Shown here: piece by piece, positions 39,917-54,289 of the stretch
Layout: every line of letters starts with the position of its first letter
Numbering within the stretch: the stretch's first letter is position 1
Assembly (NCBI GenBank): GCA_964016885.1
Contig: OZ024743.1
Coordinates: 266,662,001 to 266,726,000 of the forward strand
Source: Eledone cirrhosa
Taxonomy: Eukaryota
DNA length: 64,000 nt
Direction of reading: 5' to 3'
Position numbers and translations under genes: made by a program
Notes under the pieces: model-generated
Told to the model about the DNA's origin: nothing
Seen by the model: only the letters and a program-made list of their open reading frames with translations
Databases searched by the model: none

Positions 39917-40616
39917 TGATATCCCCCTCAATTACATTACTAGAAATTTGCTCCTTTGAATTGTGCCCCACATTACCAGTCTCAACTACTAAGAAACTTT
40001 TTATATATATATCAATCACTAACCATTTTATATGACATTCCTGATGATTTCATACGAACGAGACAGTGCTAGTCCTGTAGAAGTCATTTCTATATAAAAT
40101 AAAAATGTTTACACACTACTAATGTTTTGAGTACCTTTTTGACCTGTGGTTACGTTTCCGGGATCTACATATTATGTGGATATATATATATATGTAGGGG
40201 GAGGGGGTGAAGGCGCATCATTTAGTGGTTAGAACTTTGGGCTGGAAATCGTGAAATTGTGAGTTCGAATCTCGGACCGGGTGATGCGTTGTATTCTCGT
40301 GCAAGACACTTTATTCCAAGTTGCTCCAGTTTACGCAGCTGTGGAAAAATGTTGTGATGTCACTTATGTCAAGCTGCATCGGTCGTTGCTTTCCTTGGAT
40401 ATCGGTGGCGTGGAGAGAGTGTAGAGTGTAACTATTCTCTTACACAAACAGTCTTGCCCGGACTTGTGCTTCGGAGGGGGAAATGTCAGAGGCATTCTTG
40501 ACCGAAGAGGTCTTTACCTTTATACACCCCACACACATATATATGTGTGTGTTTGTGAGTGTACGTGCGTGTGTGTGGGGGCGTGTGTGTATGTGTATGT
40601 GTGTGTGTGTGTGTGT
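37783..40616 (+). repeat. Right arm of ~2.85-kb inverted repeat (PLE 3' region to 39867, then flank)
   Basis: Reverse complement of 32130-34990. Confidence 0.93.
39758..39824 (+). ncRNA. Type I hammerhead ribozyme at PLE 3' end (mirror copy 32949-33015, minus strand)
   Basis: tattttat-CTGATGA-ggacgtactg..cagtacttct-GAAA-tatata-TA-ataaaata. Confidence 0.8.
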
Positions 40617-40857
40617 TTTCGTATGTGATGCAAGAGTTTCATTGTCCTAGTGTGTTGGTATTTTGTTCGAGGGTCATTATGTTTAAATAAGCGCCCACTA
40701 GCGTGTGGGTATGAAGTTATGTAGGCAGCGCGTTTGTGTGTGTTGAAGTATAGGGTTTAATATGAGCGTGTTAGAGTGTGTCAATTTTTCAGTGTGTTTG
40801 AATGTGTGTCTCTGTGTGTGGGTATGTGTACGTGCGTTCATGCGTGTGTGTGTGTGC

Positions 40858-40997
<140 letters not shown>

Positions 40998-41089
40998 TTG
41001 TGTCATGAGATTCAACCGTAAAAATGTGTAAGTAGGAATGAATCTTGAATGGCAATGTTGGAGAGAAATAAATAAACGAACTAGAACAA

Positions 41090-41690
41090 TTGTTGGTCGG
41101 TTGGTTGATTAGTTGGTTGAAATATGATTGGCTAGCGGTTGGATGGTTGATTGAGTAATTGGTTAGCTAGCTGGTTGGTAGTTGGCTCATTAATCGGTTG
41201 GCCTTTGATTAAATTCCAGGGTGGTTTTCTAACTTGCAGGCTGGTGGTTGTCTGATTTTTATTCGGCTGATTGTTTGATTAGCTTGGTAGCTCGTTAGGT
41301 GTGTGATTGGCTGGTTGGTAGGTTGTCTACCTGGCCGCTATTTTGATTCGCTGGTCAGATGGGTGCTCGACTGGTTAGATGTTTGCTTGGATGACTGGTT
41401 TGTTATTTGGTTGGAAGGTTGTTTGACTGTTTTGCCGGTTGCTTGGTTGGTCAGAGGACTGGTTAGTTGGCTGAGCGTCCTCCCTGTTTGGCTGGTGTTT
41501 GACTAGCTGGCTGGCTGCTGGTTGACTGATTTGCTGGTTTGGGGTTGGATAGTTGCCTGTTTGACACGATGTTGGCTGGATGGTTGAATGCGTACATTGT
41601 TAGCTCCCTGTTGGCTAATTGGCTGTTTGGTTTGTTGGCTCGATACTAGCTAATTAGCTAGTTGGCTGTTTGGCTCGTTGGCTAGCGAGG
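41090..41690. repeat. Degenerate (GGTT/GGCT)n tetranucleotide tract
   Basis: 4-bp periodic ttgg/ctgg/ctag units; source of the W/L/V-rich ORF 41303-41506. Confidence 0.75.
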
Positions 41691-42803
41691 CTTTATACAG
41701 AGGAGACGGCTGATGGCGATTATGGGAAAGAAACAGGCGAATGAATGAAGAAATGATTGAATGAAAGAATAGAGGGAATGAAATAAATAAGTCAGTAAAT
41801 AGAAAGGAAAATGTAAAAGAAAACAGTTAGGAAGATAGGAAGGTAAATAAATTTAGCGGCAATATCATATAGAAGTGACAGAATATAAAATATTATATTG
41901 GCGGAGAATTTGCCATCAGAACACAAGAGAACAACAAAACAAAAGAACGAGAGAAGGGAAGACAACAGAACGACAACAATAACAAAAATAACTACAACAA
42001 TCGTGTGTTGTTTCCCTCACATCCCTTTATTTATCTATTTATATATTCTATTTATTTGTTTATTTGTTTGTTTATTTATTCTATTCTATTCTAACTCTGT
42101 TATTTTATCAACGGACATACAATCTCACATATGACAAAATTATACACACGACTACTGCAATGTACAAGTTACGCTTTGCTTTTATATCAATCTTGGTATA
42201 TAAACATGACAAGGTGAACCATCTCGAAAGATGATACGCAGTCTGAGCGTAAAATGGATGATAGAAATATGAGTAATGGTTTAGCATTAAATCCCTGACA
42301 AGGAACTGAGGCAGAAAATCAGCTAAAGTCGTGTACAAGCTAAGCCTGTTCCTCTATGTACTGATATATGTATAAATGTATGTATGTGTGCATATATTAT
42401 ATATTATGTGTGTATGTGTATTATATATTATGTGTGTGTGTATGTGCGTGTGCAAGCATGCGTGCGTATGTATGTTAGTGCGTGCTTGTTTGTGGTTGTA
42501 TATATATGCTAGTTGGTATATATGTAAGAACATATGTGATATGCTAATATATATTATATGTACAGACATATGATATATATATATATATATATATATACAT
42601 AGATAATTAGAAACTTACATAGATAAATACATGTGCACCCATATGCACGCGCCGATACACGTATATACGCAAAATCTGTAACTCATAGAGAATATCAAGG
42701 TGTCTCCCTGCAACCAAATGAAATTACATTACCCTAGCAGTTATTATCCGAAATTACTTATTTGTCTACCTACTACACAGATCTCTCACTTTATAGAAAC
42801 ATA

Positions 42804-42908
<105 letters not shown>

Positions 42909-42914
42909 ACACAC

Positions 42915-43020
<106 letters not shown>

Positions 43021-43169
43021 TTCTAGAATCATATGCATTATCTACGCATTACCTACGCATTGGCTATTGTCCAAATTACCTCTCTTTCGCGATGGCCTGC
43101 CGTTTTCAAACTTTTGTAGTTCGTTTTTGCGTGACGTTTGACTTCACACTTACAAGTATTTGTAAGGGT

Positions 43170-43365
43170 AGTGGTGGGGCAGTATCGTGGCGTAGGATAC
43201 CATGCTTTGCGGCGCGTAGTTATGAACATTTACGTTCTGAGTTGAAATCACGCCGAGAATAGCTTTGCCTTTCATCCTTATTGCGTCAAAAAAGTAAAGT
43301 ACCAGTAACACACTGAGGTCGATTTACTCGACTTTCCCTACTCCCTAAAAGTGTTGGCCTTGTTC
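43170..43365 (+). mobile_element. Older SINE (family of 11285)
   Basis: gttctgagttgaaatcacgccgag..ctttgcctttcatcc..aaagtaccag. Confidence 0.8.
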
Positions 43366-43461
43366 CTTCATTCGGCAGGGTTCAACTTTTTCACATTGGT
43401 TAATCGCTACCTATATATATATATGTACATATATACATATATATACACACACATAAACACA

Positions 43462-43511
<50 letters not shown>

Positions 43512-44963
43512 AAATTATACATATATATAATTATATATATAAAAAAATTATATATCTTTGCCATTATACCGTATGTTCAATTAAAATCATTTAGAAGAAG
43601 TTAGTGTTTTTTTCATCAGTTTTAAAGTAATGACTATGTCACTTACTTATTTTCGGCGAAAGAAGGGAGAGAAGCTGACAGTCTGCTTCACGCTGGTTGG
43701 CGTTCATCAGAGCCATGTACTCCCCTGCTTTCGCTGAAAATTATAGAAGCTGGACTCTCGTAGAATTCCAGTAATAATCATAAGCTGATTATACAGAGCG
43801 ATTGCCGGTCCAGCAAAAATTATGTATTAGGATTGGTGCTCTGAAATATAAAATGATATATATATATATATTTGGCTCGGTCAACCTGCCCACTTTGAAA
43901 GTATCCCAGTTCATACCTATACTAATATCACTATTATTATCTTTTGCCATCGGGGAAGATATGTTTATTTTTATGATTTTTCTTTCCATCTTCCCAATGT
44001 CGATAAATATCCGTTAAATATCAGTTAACAATTAGGGTCGATTTAACCGCCTAACTCCTTCAAATATTTCTACTATAAGTCTATGTTAGAAACAATACTC
44101 ATCATTATCATCATCAGCACTATAGTTTTTTTTCATGTACGATTTTCTGATCTCTATAAGTTGAAGAGAATTCGTTGATAATTTGATCTTTCAGTGTTTT
44201 GTTATTGCAGATTTCTGTCCCTTTTTTCCCATTACACAAATTATCTAGAAATCACATTGTCTCCTTTTGTCTCTCGCACCTTGCGGCTATATTTTCAAAG
44301 CATTTTGAAAGGATCACGGTAACGTTTAGATGAGTAAGCATTAAATGCCCAAGAAAGGTGAGGAGGAAGAATTACTTTGACACATACGGAAGGAGGTTTG
44401 GAACGATAACGATTAGGTTGTTCAACGAGTAGGAATTGATGACTCACAATATGGCCCCAGACAGACATTAGGCATTTCACTACATTAAGTCCTATACCTT
44501 CCTGGGCAATGATTGTTGTACGAGGAAATACTGATATTTAGTGACTACTAGTAGCCGTTTAATTGGAATGTCAATGAACATATTTCGTTAGTAGGATTGA
44601 TGTAAAATAAGTTGGATATCTTGATCTAGACAAACGAGGAAAAGCTCTAGTCCATCTCCAAAGTGATCGATCGACCAAAAGGCAATCAGTGGCAGAGGAA
44701 CCGAATCCTAAAAGGCAAAAGATGAAAAATCGTCAACAGCAACCGTTGCAAAAACACCAATAACAAACGAACAAGAATATATGCTCAGGCGCGTGTGTAG
44801 CTATACGTATGTATTTATATATATATAATAAGGAGTTGACGGACCCAGCATATTTATCAATGCCAGGACAGGTTGTATCTCAGCGTACTCAATAGATAAT
44901 GTAGGATACATTCCCAGAGTATACACATAGTTATTCGCTTCAATACAACACACGTATTATTAT

Positions 44964-45132
44964 TAGAGGGTCGGACGCCATGCTTTGTAACATAGACTTA
45001 CGCCCATTTACGGTATGATTTCAAACCCCGCCGAGGTTAACTTTCCCTATCATCCTTACGGGGTCGATAAAATAAAGCACCAGTAATACACTGGTGTATT
45101 TGCTGGCCTTGAGCCAAAAGTAGAAACAATTA
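44964..45132 (+). mobile_element. SINE (family of 11285)
   Basis: tagagggtcggacgccatgcttt...ggggtcgataaaataaag...gtagaaacaattatt. Confidence 0.88.
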
Positions 45133-45219
45133 TTATTACTATATATATATAAATATATATATATATATGCATATATATATATTTCCCCAACGCCAAGCTT
45201 ACAAATACGCAGATCTAAA

Positions 45220-45323
<104 letters not shown>

Positions 45324-46035
45324 GTGTGTGTGAGTGTGTGTGTCTGTATGTGTGTGTATATGCATGCATTTATATAAGTATTATGTGTGTGTTTATATTG
45401 TGTATGTGTTTTATGTTTTATGTTGGTTTCTGTTTTCCCATTTTGCTGTTTCTTTTGGAAGGTTTCGAGGTTGGTGACTGGTAATTAGGAATATATTTAT
45501 ATATTGGGCTATTTGGAAAGAAAAATTGTAATTATTGAATTTAATATGTTTTGGATACGTCGGTTAAGAGAAAATTAAATTTACCCTCAAGTTTGAATAC
45601 ATAAAAAGAGCATAGATTTCTTAACTGGAATGTGACGTTGAGTGGAAAATAATATGCATGTCCTTCATTCGAACCATATATCTAGTTATGATCTAGTTAC
45701 AGGAGCGAGTATAAACGCATGCACACGCACATACACAGTCTTTCACACACAAATATATACATATATATATGTGTGTGTGTGTGTGTTTGCATAGGTGTTT
45801 ATGAACACCTTAATGTATTGGTTTGTAATATATAGGGCGATATATTAAAAACAAATTAAACATTATATGTTTAATAACTGTTGAATAAATATACTGATGT
45901 TAAATTGTATATTTTCATAAAAAGCTGAGGGGAACATCTTAAAAAAAATATATATAAACACACGTACACCCAGGCATAAGTATATATATCTATCTTTATA
46001 AATAAATATATATATATATATATACATATATATAC

Positions 46036-46940
46036 GTGGAAAAGTAAGAAATCGGAGAATAGACCGTTAAAACATGTTTATTTAAAACACCACCTACGTA
46101 CGTTTCGCCCAGTTGGGCTTCTCAAGGGCATAAATAACCAAAAGTGTTCCTTACATTGCTCGGAAAGAGTTTTGGGGGTTAAATTCACGTCAAGGTTCAT
46201 TGCTCGCAAAAATAGCTTGTTTTGATTTTGCAGCAGGTCAAGGGAGGTAACTCTGGCCGGTGTTAGGGCATTCTTTCCCGGACAAATTTTTATCCGTTAC
46301 AACCTTACCATTGTCGATGCGCACAGGGTCATGTAACCAACGCTTATTTTGAGACGTTTGTTTTTCCGCACCTGCTTGTCTGGGTCGTTTGAGGCTGGGT
46401 CTGGTATGCATGGTTAGTTTCCTGGGTGTTATTTTGCAGCCCCTGCCCGCCGGGGTGTTAAAACTTGTTGCAGGGAGATCCGGCGCACGGTTTCACTCCT
46501 CATCCTTAACCCATCTGAAGAAGGATATTTTTAATCGATGTGTACAACTTATCGCTGTTTCAGCTCTACTGTTGATGAGCTCGTGGGGTGCAGTTATAAT
46601 GTGGTAGAGCTCCATGAGGCAAAGATCGCACTTCCACTTGAAGTTGTACGGTGCAGCCCTGCCGACAATATCCCAGTGCGTGGAGAAGCTGATGTTTAAG
46701 TCCTTCAGTGATGCACTCTAACTAGCCACAATAGCGTTAAACATTATATAGGGGGGGGGGGGGGGCTACCTCCGGCCCGTTCAAAATTAGGTTTCGAACA
46801 CATCTCCACTCTTTCACAAATAAAAAACTAAGACACTCCACTTCGCTTGTGGAATACATCACATAACTAAAGGACTTAAACATCAGCTTCTCCACGCACT
46901 GGGATATTGTCGGCAGGGCTGCACCGTACCACTTCAAGAG
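46036..46940 (-). mobile_element. 5'-truncated, 5'-inverted PLE fragment
   Basis: Minus 46493-46708: LKDLNISFSTHWDIVGRAAPY..KCDLCLMELYHII..LINSRAE..CTH; plus 46746-46939: YIG(G-run)ATSGPFKIRFRTHLHSF..STSL..LKDLNISFSTHW; ~70 bp present in both orientations. Confidence 0.85.
46091..46130 (-). ncRNA. Hammerhead ribozyme motif, U3-A8 variant, at PLE 3' end
   Basis: Minus: cc-TTGAGAA-gccc aact gggc-GAAA-cgtacg-TA-gg; helix I short. Confidence 0.65.
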
Positions 46941-49900
46941 TCCTTTCAACCTCATCCCCCACACAACATCTTTCGCTAACGCCACCAGACACTACCTGCC
47001 CTGACCGATCAAAAGAAGGCGGCGGGGCGATCCGTACTACACGTGACAACAGATGTTCGACATAACTCCACAAGTCAGCAATTATGGGGTCACCTTAAAA
47101 TAGTGCATTATGTGGAGCCTTATAAACAGCTTGTGATAACAGTATAAGGATGAATACAATGTAAACACTTGCAATATAGCAAAACGTACGTGATTATTGT
47201 CATATACCTCTTGGCAGACCAAACAATAATAATACATTCACCCGAAAATATTTGATATTAAGAACTAAACATGATTCGACAAATAAGATGGATGGAATTA
47301 AAAACAAGCAGTTTTCTCTTCAGTCTGGTAAACTAGTATATATCAGAGATAGAAGAATAAACACCAACACACACACACCAACACACACCAACACATACCA
47401 ACACACATCAACACACACACACACACAAATATCTTCTGATAAGCTGCAGACTACATCATTCAAAGATTGAGCAATATTTCGTGAGTATACTTTGCTAGAA
47501 CGCAAGAAGATTTCTAAAACCTGCGAACGAATATAAAACAGGTACAATTAGATTCACCAAAAACTTGTAAAACACTCTAATACAAGAACATGCAAAACGC
47601 GGTAAAAACAAGCGATGACATTCTACAAATATGTATTAGAAATACATATTCCAACAACAAATTCACCCAAATCATGACCTAACATAATAAGAATCACACA
47701 TGTATTGAATAATTAACAGATACAACAAAAAAGTTAAATAAAAAATGAAATCAAACTTATTTTTATGATATATATGGTTCCAATTATCCTAGATCTACGG
47801 CGGAGAGCTTGATAACTGCTGGTAAGTAGAAAATGAAAGTGGTGAGGTTTTCTGGGATCCCCAGGTACATGCAGACAAGTCGATAAGTGCGAACTAACAA
47901 ATATCTCATTATATAATAAGATATACAAATAAATTACTCCAGCGTGTCCAAATACTAATAAAATATCGATAAAATGAAAATGAAATTTCTCTAAATAGAT
48001 GGACATTGAGATTGAATCCCGAGAATAAGGAATATGGTAACCACAGGAATATTTACTGTAATAGAGCCCTTACTATGTAGTCATTGCACAATAACAAATC
48101 CTGCAATAGCGTAGCATATTTCAGTTATAATTTCCGGAGTGCATCGGTAACTTTCCCATTTATTTTAATGCCGTATTTTTCGCTAAGCACTCACTGAAAC
48201 ATATCTAGCCACTAATGTCTTCATTTATGTTCTAGTATATGAAACATATATTTGCCATTACTCTATATTGACGTACTATGGGCTTGACACTTTCATCTAC
48301 TTAGTTACTCAGTCAAAACTTATTTCGTTGGGTTTTGTCAATATTTGTCTTAGAAACGGTTAGATCTAATCACTTGTCCTTTTTCAGCCAAGATAAGCTG
48401 CTAATCCCCCCCGCCTTTTTTAATATTCGATTTTCCAGCTTATTGATCGTCTGTAGCTATGTTTTCTGTTTGCCCAGCGACGATTATACGCAGCATATTT
48501 TTCAGTTTTATATTTTTCATTCTGTTTATATTTTCTGCGCCAAACTCTACAAATAATTCTTACTACTCGAATAAGCGTTTCCTCATATTGACTATCATAA
48601 CACTTAAGCCCTATAATAACTAAATGACCTTTCTCTGTTAGGGTGACTAGTTCTCTGCTTCTCGCATAGTATATGCAGTTTATCAATCAACATAGTTTTT
48701 ACAGATGCACACTGTTGGTTATTTTACTTAGATATGCACTTGTCTGTCTGCCTGTTTTTGTGTGAGCAGTATATATATATATATATATATATACATAATA
48801 TAGATACACCCACACACACACATACGTGTGTGTGTGTGAGTGTGTTTGAGTGTGTGTGTCTCTGTGTGTTTGTGTGTGTGTGTACTTACGTACATACAAT
48901 ACGTGCTATACAGTCTAAATATGGTAATGGGAAGAGAATCCAAGCAGCTAAGACAATCTTTGCAAGATCATGACTGAAACTGACATTGGGGTGTTCAAAT
49001 CACGATACACGAGCAATAAAGGGAATTCTTTTAGTCTAAGATGATTCGAATGTTGGGGACTATCATTAGACAATGCATAGGTGGTGGATCTTCATTGTGT
49101 CCATGAAATCAATGGGATTGATTTGATCACACCATCGAAGCATTTTATACAATTTGCTAGCTGGCTTGATTAGATCGGTCATATATATATCTATATATCT
49201 ATCTCTCTCTCTCTATATATATATATAGTAATTGGTGAAGGAAATATGCACACATTATGTGCATTACCGTTCACTACAATATCATAAAGGTCCCCAAAAT
49301 ATGAATTAGATCTGAATATAGTGGGTTTTCTCCTTGCTGGTTTGGCTCGATCTAATCATCTCTAAAGGGACTTACAGATTTGAAATTGCACGATAGTTAC
49401 AGATGATTTTAAGTAGGCATTTTCGCTTCTACAATTTTTTGACATTAATATTATTGTTAATTGCATGGATATAAGGTATACCTAATTGTGGCATCGAAAT
49501 ATATACTGACTAGAATTTAGTTAAGGTCTTTTACGTTTTCTATTTCAGCTGCTGGTTTCGTCATGTAAAATGTTTAGTCCCCCCGGCGACGATAGATCAG
49601 TTTTAGATTATCATCATCATCACTAATAGTTGTTGAAGGAATCAAAATGTGATACTGGCAAAAATTCCCATTTTCTGTCTTATTTTGGTTCAAAAATATG
49701 TACAAACAAATTGTAGCGAAGAGGGATAATAATGGGAGCTCGGGAAGAATGAGAGAAAAAGATAAGGAAGTTGTGATTTAAAAAAAACCTTCTTCTGATT
49801 GAAGAAAATAGAATTAGCAAGTTTAGGGTCGAAAATATTCGTGAATATGGCCGAACAGGTAAATATTAACGAAAATGTGGAGGCTTACAGCCAGCATTTG

Positions 49901-51300
49901 CAAATTAAGGTAAATCAATGCGAGGATGAATTTTCTGCTATTTTTAAGCGGTCAGGTGACCACATAGACTTGGGTTGGTTGGCATGTTATGATTGGCAGT
50001 GCTTCATGGAAAACGATAAGGCATTGGGGCTTTGGAGTATGGTTACATAGTAAATGTGTATACTATAATCTATAATACGCACCCACACAAATGCGCGCGC
50101 ATATATATATTGTAATTGCTCACAATTACAAACGGTCACCTAATCAAACATTCCTGATCTGCAGGTTGAATCAGAGGGGTTATTTGATTTGCAATCGCTG
50201 GTTTACTAGATATTTGATCTCACCATGCAAATACACATACGTTCTACCTAATTTCCTTCCTATAGGATTCTCCACAATTTCAAGCCTTGTCGACACTACT
50301 GGGGTCATAATGTCCACAAGATAATTAAGATAGTATTTTACAAGACGGGCATGAAAATATCTTCCGTGACACTACATGGCCAGAACAAAATACGTATATA
50401 ATTAAATCTCCGTCATTTAAGTCGAATAATGTCAGACCTGTCAATTCTCCCGTCCAACGGCGAGATCTCACAACCCCTTTGGCGTAGGTGAAATAAGTTT
50501 TCTCTTGTGAAAATGGGTATAGCTTTCATTATGCAAAATCTCACAATTTCGCCTTATTTCTCCCTCTTTGGGGGCACATTTGTCATGGTACTTCCCGTTT
50601 GGGTTTTTAGAGGTTGGCAGGTCTGTAATTTATGACGAATATGGTCAGTTAGACCCATGTTTACATGAATACAAAATGTGTAAGTGACCGCCAGAGAAGA
50701 AAAGGGGCAGCACCGAGACAATAGTAGCATGTGACAGAAGAGCAGATCGGCTATGGTGAAAGTTGGCAGCATCTCAACAAAAAAAATGTGTGAAAGCGGC
50801 GGACGTCAAAAGATAATACTGCAAAATTGGTAACACAAACGAGATCTGCATTGTCATCGGCTGTGGCAAATTCGCCCCCATCCACGTAGTTCAGTTGGTA
50901 GGCTTTTGCTCAAATCTCATGGGAGTCACTTCAAGTCCCGGTGGCGCCTTGCGTCTTTGACTGTTATTTCATGTTCCTAAAGTGCACTCAACTAGAAAAA
51001 ATGAGTTTTATTGTTGATTCAAAGGAGCTATCCTTGTGACTTAGAGTCATACTGAAGCTAAGTTACGGGTATACGTGTCAATAGAATGCCCGTCCATTTG
51101 CATGTTAAATTGACGACTATATCAACAGCCATAAATATGTATGACCATGGGATTTGCACCTAGAAAGTTCCCCTCCGAAGCACAATTCCGGGCACGGCTG
51201 CTGCATATATATATATATAGTTGTGTATAGTGGTAGCTATGGTGCTTCCATAGGTCGTATGCCAAAATTAGCACTCGATATTCATCAGAGTAGAGTGAAG

Positions 51301-51569
51301 ATATTATAAAGAAAACGAAAAATCAGTGATGCATCTGGACTTAGTTTATTTCGTGTTACAAATGTTTCGCCGTCATGTAGCTCGAGTATTGGTCCTTGTA
51401 TGGATCTGGCTGATTCTACTTCTGCGGGTTCTTTCAGACACGGGTGTTACGTCCGGCGCAAATTTGTTCCGGACGTAACACCCGGACCATGACTCGAGCT
51501 ACATGACGGCGAAACATTTGTAACACGAAATAAACTAAGTCCAGATGCATCACTGATTTTTCGTTTTCT

Positions 51570-51578
<9 letters not shown>
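51301..51578. repeat. Inverted repeat (~87-bp arms) with internal 16-bp hairpin; PLE-tail-like remnant
   Basis: 51301-51387 vs 51492-51578; cgggtgttacgtccgg/ccggacgtaacacccg at 51441-51484; arms contain cGAAACatttGTA; (TA)n adjacent. Confidence 0.8.
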
Positions 51579-51639
<61 letters not shown>

Positions 51640-52360
51640 ACGTATTGTGTGTAAACACACACAAAAGGATCCGTTAGATATGCAATCAGAGAAACAGACT
51701 GTCTAAGAAGACGAGATAGAATCTAAAGCAGCAGCATTAATATAACATCGTGCAATAGATGTATCTGTCATAATAAAGCATATGAATATGCAGTAATAAT
51801 TTACACATAAGGAGGCGAAATTATATTCCCATATATAGCATATATCATCAAATATGATAGCTGTCTGAGTAAGTTATATCGATTATCTGTCTGATCGAAT
51901 GAATTAGGAATGGTGTTTGTAGTTGCGTTGGATGAAGTTAGATGTTAGACAGAAAACTGAAAAAATAAAATAATAATGGGGGGAAGTTTGCAAGACTAAC
52001 TGACAGGCATTACGTGAAGAGTCATCTCCACTCTACTATCACTCAACACCACACCCTCGGCAACGTTCTTTTGTTTTACGTCTAGCTGTCAACTAACATT
52101 TTATATGTGAGTACTGTGGATTCCGGTTCGTTTCTAGCCAGGCTTGATATTTAACTATAAATAAAAAGAATAGTTTGAAAAAATATCATCATTAAAAAGG
52201 ATTTACTTGAAGTCTCAACACAGACACAGGCATACACACCAATGTGTTCGTCTCCAATTTATCTATCTATCTATCTGCATACATATCTATATGGATTTGT
52301 ATGTATATGTATATATATATATATATAGTCACACACACACACACAGACACACACACACAT

Positions 52361-52402
<42 letters not shown>

Positions 52403-52938
52403 TACTCACATACACCTACACACACACACGCCTGCACACACACACAGTCCATAAAACGTACTCAGGTCTATTAGAAAGGACGGCAAATATGCAGTATTCC
52501 CAAAGCCATATATGTCTTTGCAATACGTATACTTCTTACGTCAAGAACAATAATATATTTGCAAGCAATCGCTACCATATCCCGGGGAAAGTAGTAGCTA
52601 TGGAATATCAAACAGTTGATAAAAAGTATGGTTCATTAGAAAATCGGTACGGGCTCGAATAACTTCAATGAGTTTGAAATGGGATGTTTCAATCTTACCT
52701 TTCCTTATGAAGGGTTCACATCACATACCTGCGTCATGATGTTGGGATCACCAATTTGTGGAGAATAAGTTTCGTTGCATTTAATTAAATAAAGAGTAAT
52801 ACTAAATATATCGATGTGCGTTCGTTTCTATTGCGTGTTACAAATGTAGTTTTCGTGTTTCATACATTTATATATATTGATAGGTACGCTACGAAACACA
52901 TGCTCAATTTCATGCCTACACAAATAGAATATATATAT

Positions 52939-53175
52939 ATATCACAAAAAGAAAGAGAATCAGTGTTGCGACGAATGTAATTTATTGGACATATTACAAT
53001 CGTTTCTCTGGCGACCAGCTCGAGGCACGATCGGTGTAACGATCGAACCCCACTCTGAAAATCGCAAGGTCTTCAGATACGTCTTGATTCTCGAGCTGGT
53101 CGCCAGAGAAATGATTGTAATATGTCCAATAAATTCCATTCGTCGCAACACTGATTCTCTTTCTTTTTGTGATAT
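52939..53175. repeat. Inverted repeat (86-bp arms) overlapping an HHR-like motif with long helix II
   Basis: 52939-53024 vs 53090-53175; minus 52988-53083: gacgtat-CTGAAGA..~65 nt..GAAAC gatt GTA-atatgtc. Confidence 0.75.
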
Positions 53176-53248
53176 CATACTCTGCTCTGTGAGAGCATCG
53201 AGTGCTCAAACGGCCTGCCGCATACGGACGCTCTAAGCATCCAACACC

Positions 53249-53297
<49 letters not shown>

Positions 53298-53339
53298 GAA
53301 TATACACACTCATATATATATATCCGGGATTACACACAC

Positions 53340-53395
<56 letters not shown>

Positions 53396-53402
53396 TTATA
53401 TA

Positions 53403-53942
53403 TAGGGCTGTATATGAAGACATACTATATTTTCATATACAATAAAAATATGGAGCACCTCGTTACCAAAGAAAAATAATTTTTCGTAAGGAAAATATTA
53501 TTTTTCCCTATCTTTCTCTGTGAAGATTTGTCAGAACGGTCGGAAATGCCAGACTGCACTGTTATTGTATATAAACATATATAATATGTTTTCATATACA
53601 CCCCTATTATGATTGATCATTGTCTTAGTCCTACGTTTAATTAATTATAAACAGACAAATTGGTACTATATGTAAATGAACAATCCAGCAAATGTTCATC
53701 ACACAAAATTCTTTACAATATTTGTCAGTAACGGTTAAAGAGTATCACTGATGACAGATTAATAAATTTTGAAACAGCACTGTTTAGTATTATCGACTGC
53801 TTAGTGTTTGACATGTTCACGGAGAAAAATAGTGAACATTTTTGTTTTCCTTGCGAAAAAATATTTTTACTCTGATAACGAGGCTACCCAAGTGTTTGCT
53901 GTATACACATATATATAATATACAATTTTATATCAACTCCTA
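53403..53942. mobile_element. MITE-like element with one left and two right inverted ends
   Basis: tagggctgtatatgaagacata (53403) pairs with tatgttttcatatacacccta (~53585-53606); 53403-53497 also pairs imperfectly with 53843-53942. Confidence 0.55.
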
Positions 53943-54061
53943 TTATATTTAAAGGCTGTCGTAGAGCTACAGCCAATATATAATTCTAAAGGCTTTCAAA
54001 TGTTTATTCGTAAACATACCATATATCATTAGATATACAACACATACACGTGCACACACAC

Positions 54062-54144
<83 letters not shown>

Positions 54145-54289
54145 CACACACACACACACTCAAAGATCTTTGGCTGTGTTGCATTGCTCCTCGAGAAAAA
54201 AAAAGTTGCAACTCTGTAGTAGCACGAGCGAATACTGGAATCGGGGCAGAACTTCAAAACTAACCCCTACAACTGCTCGTGGGTCATTC

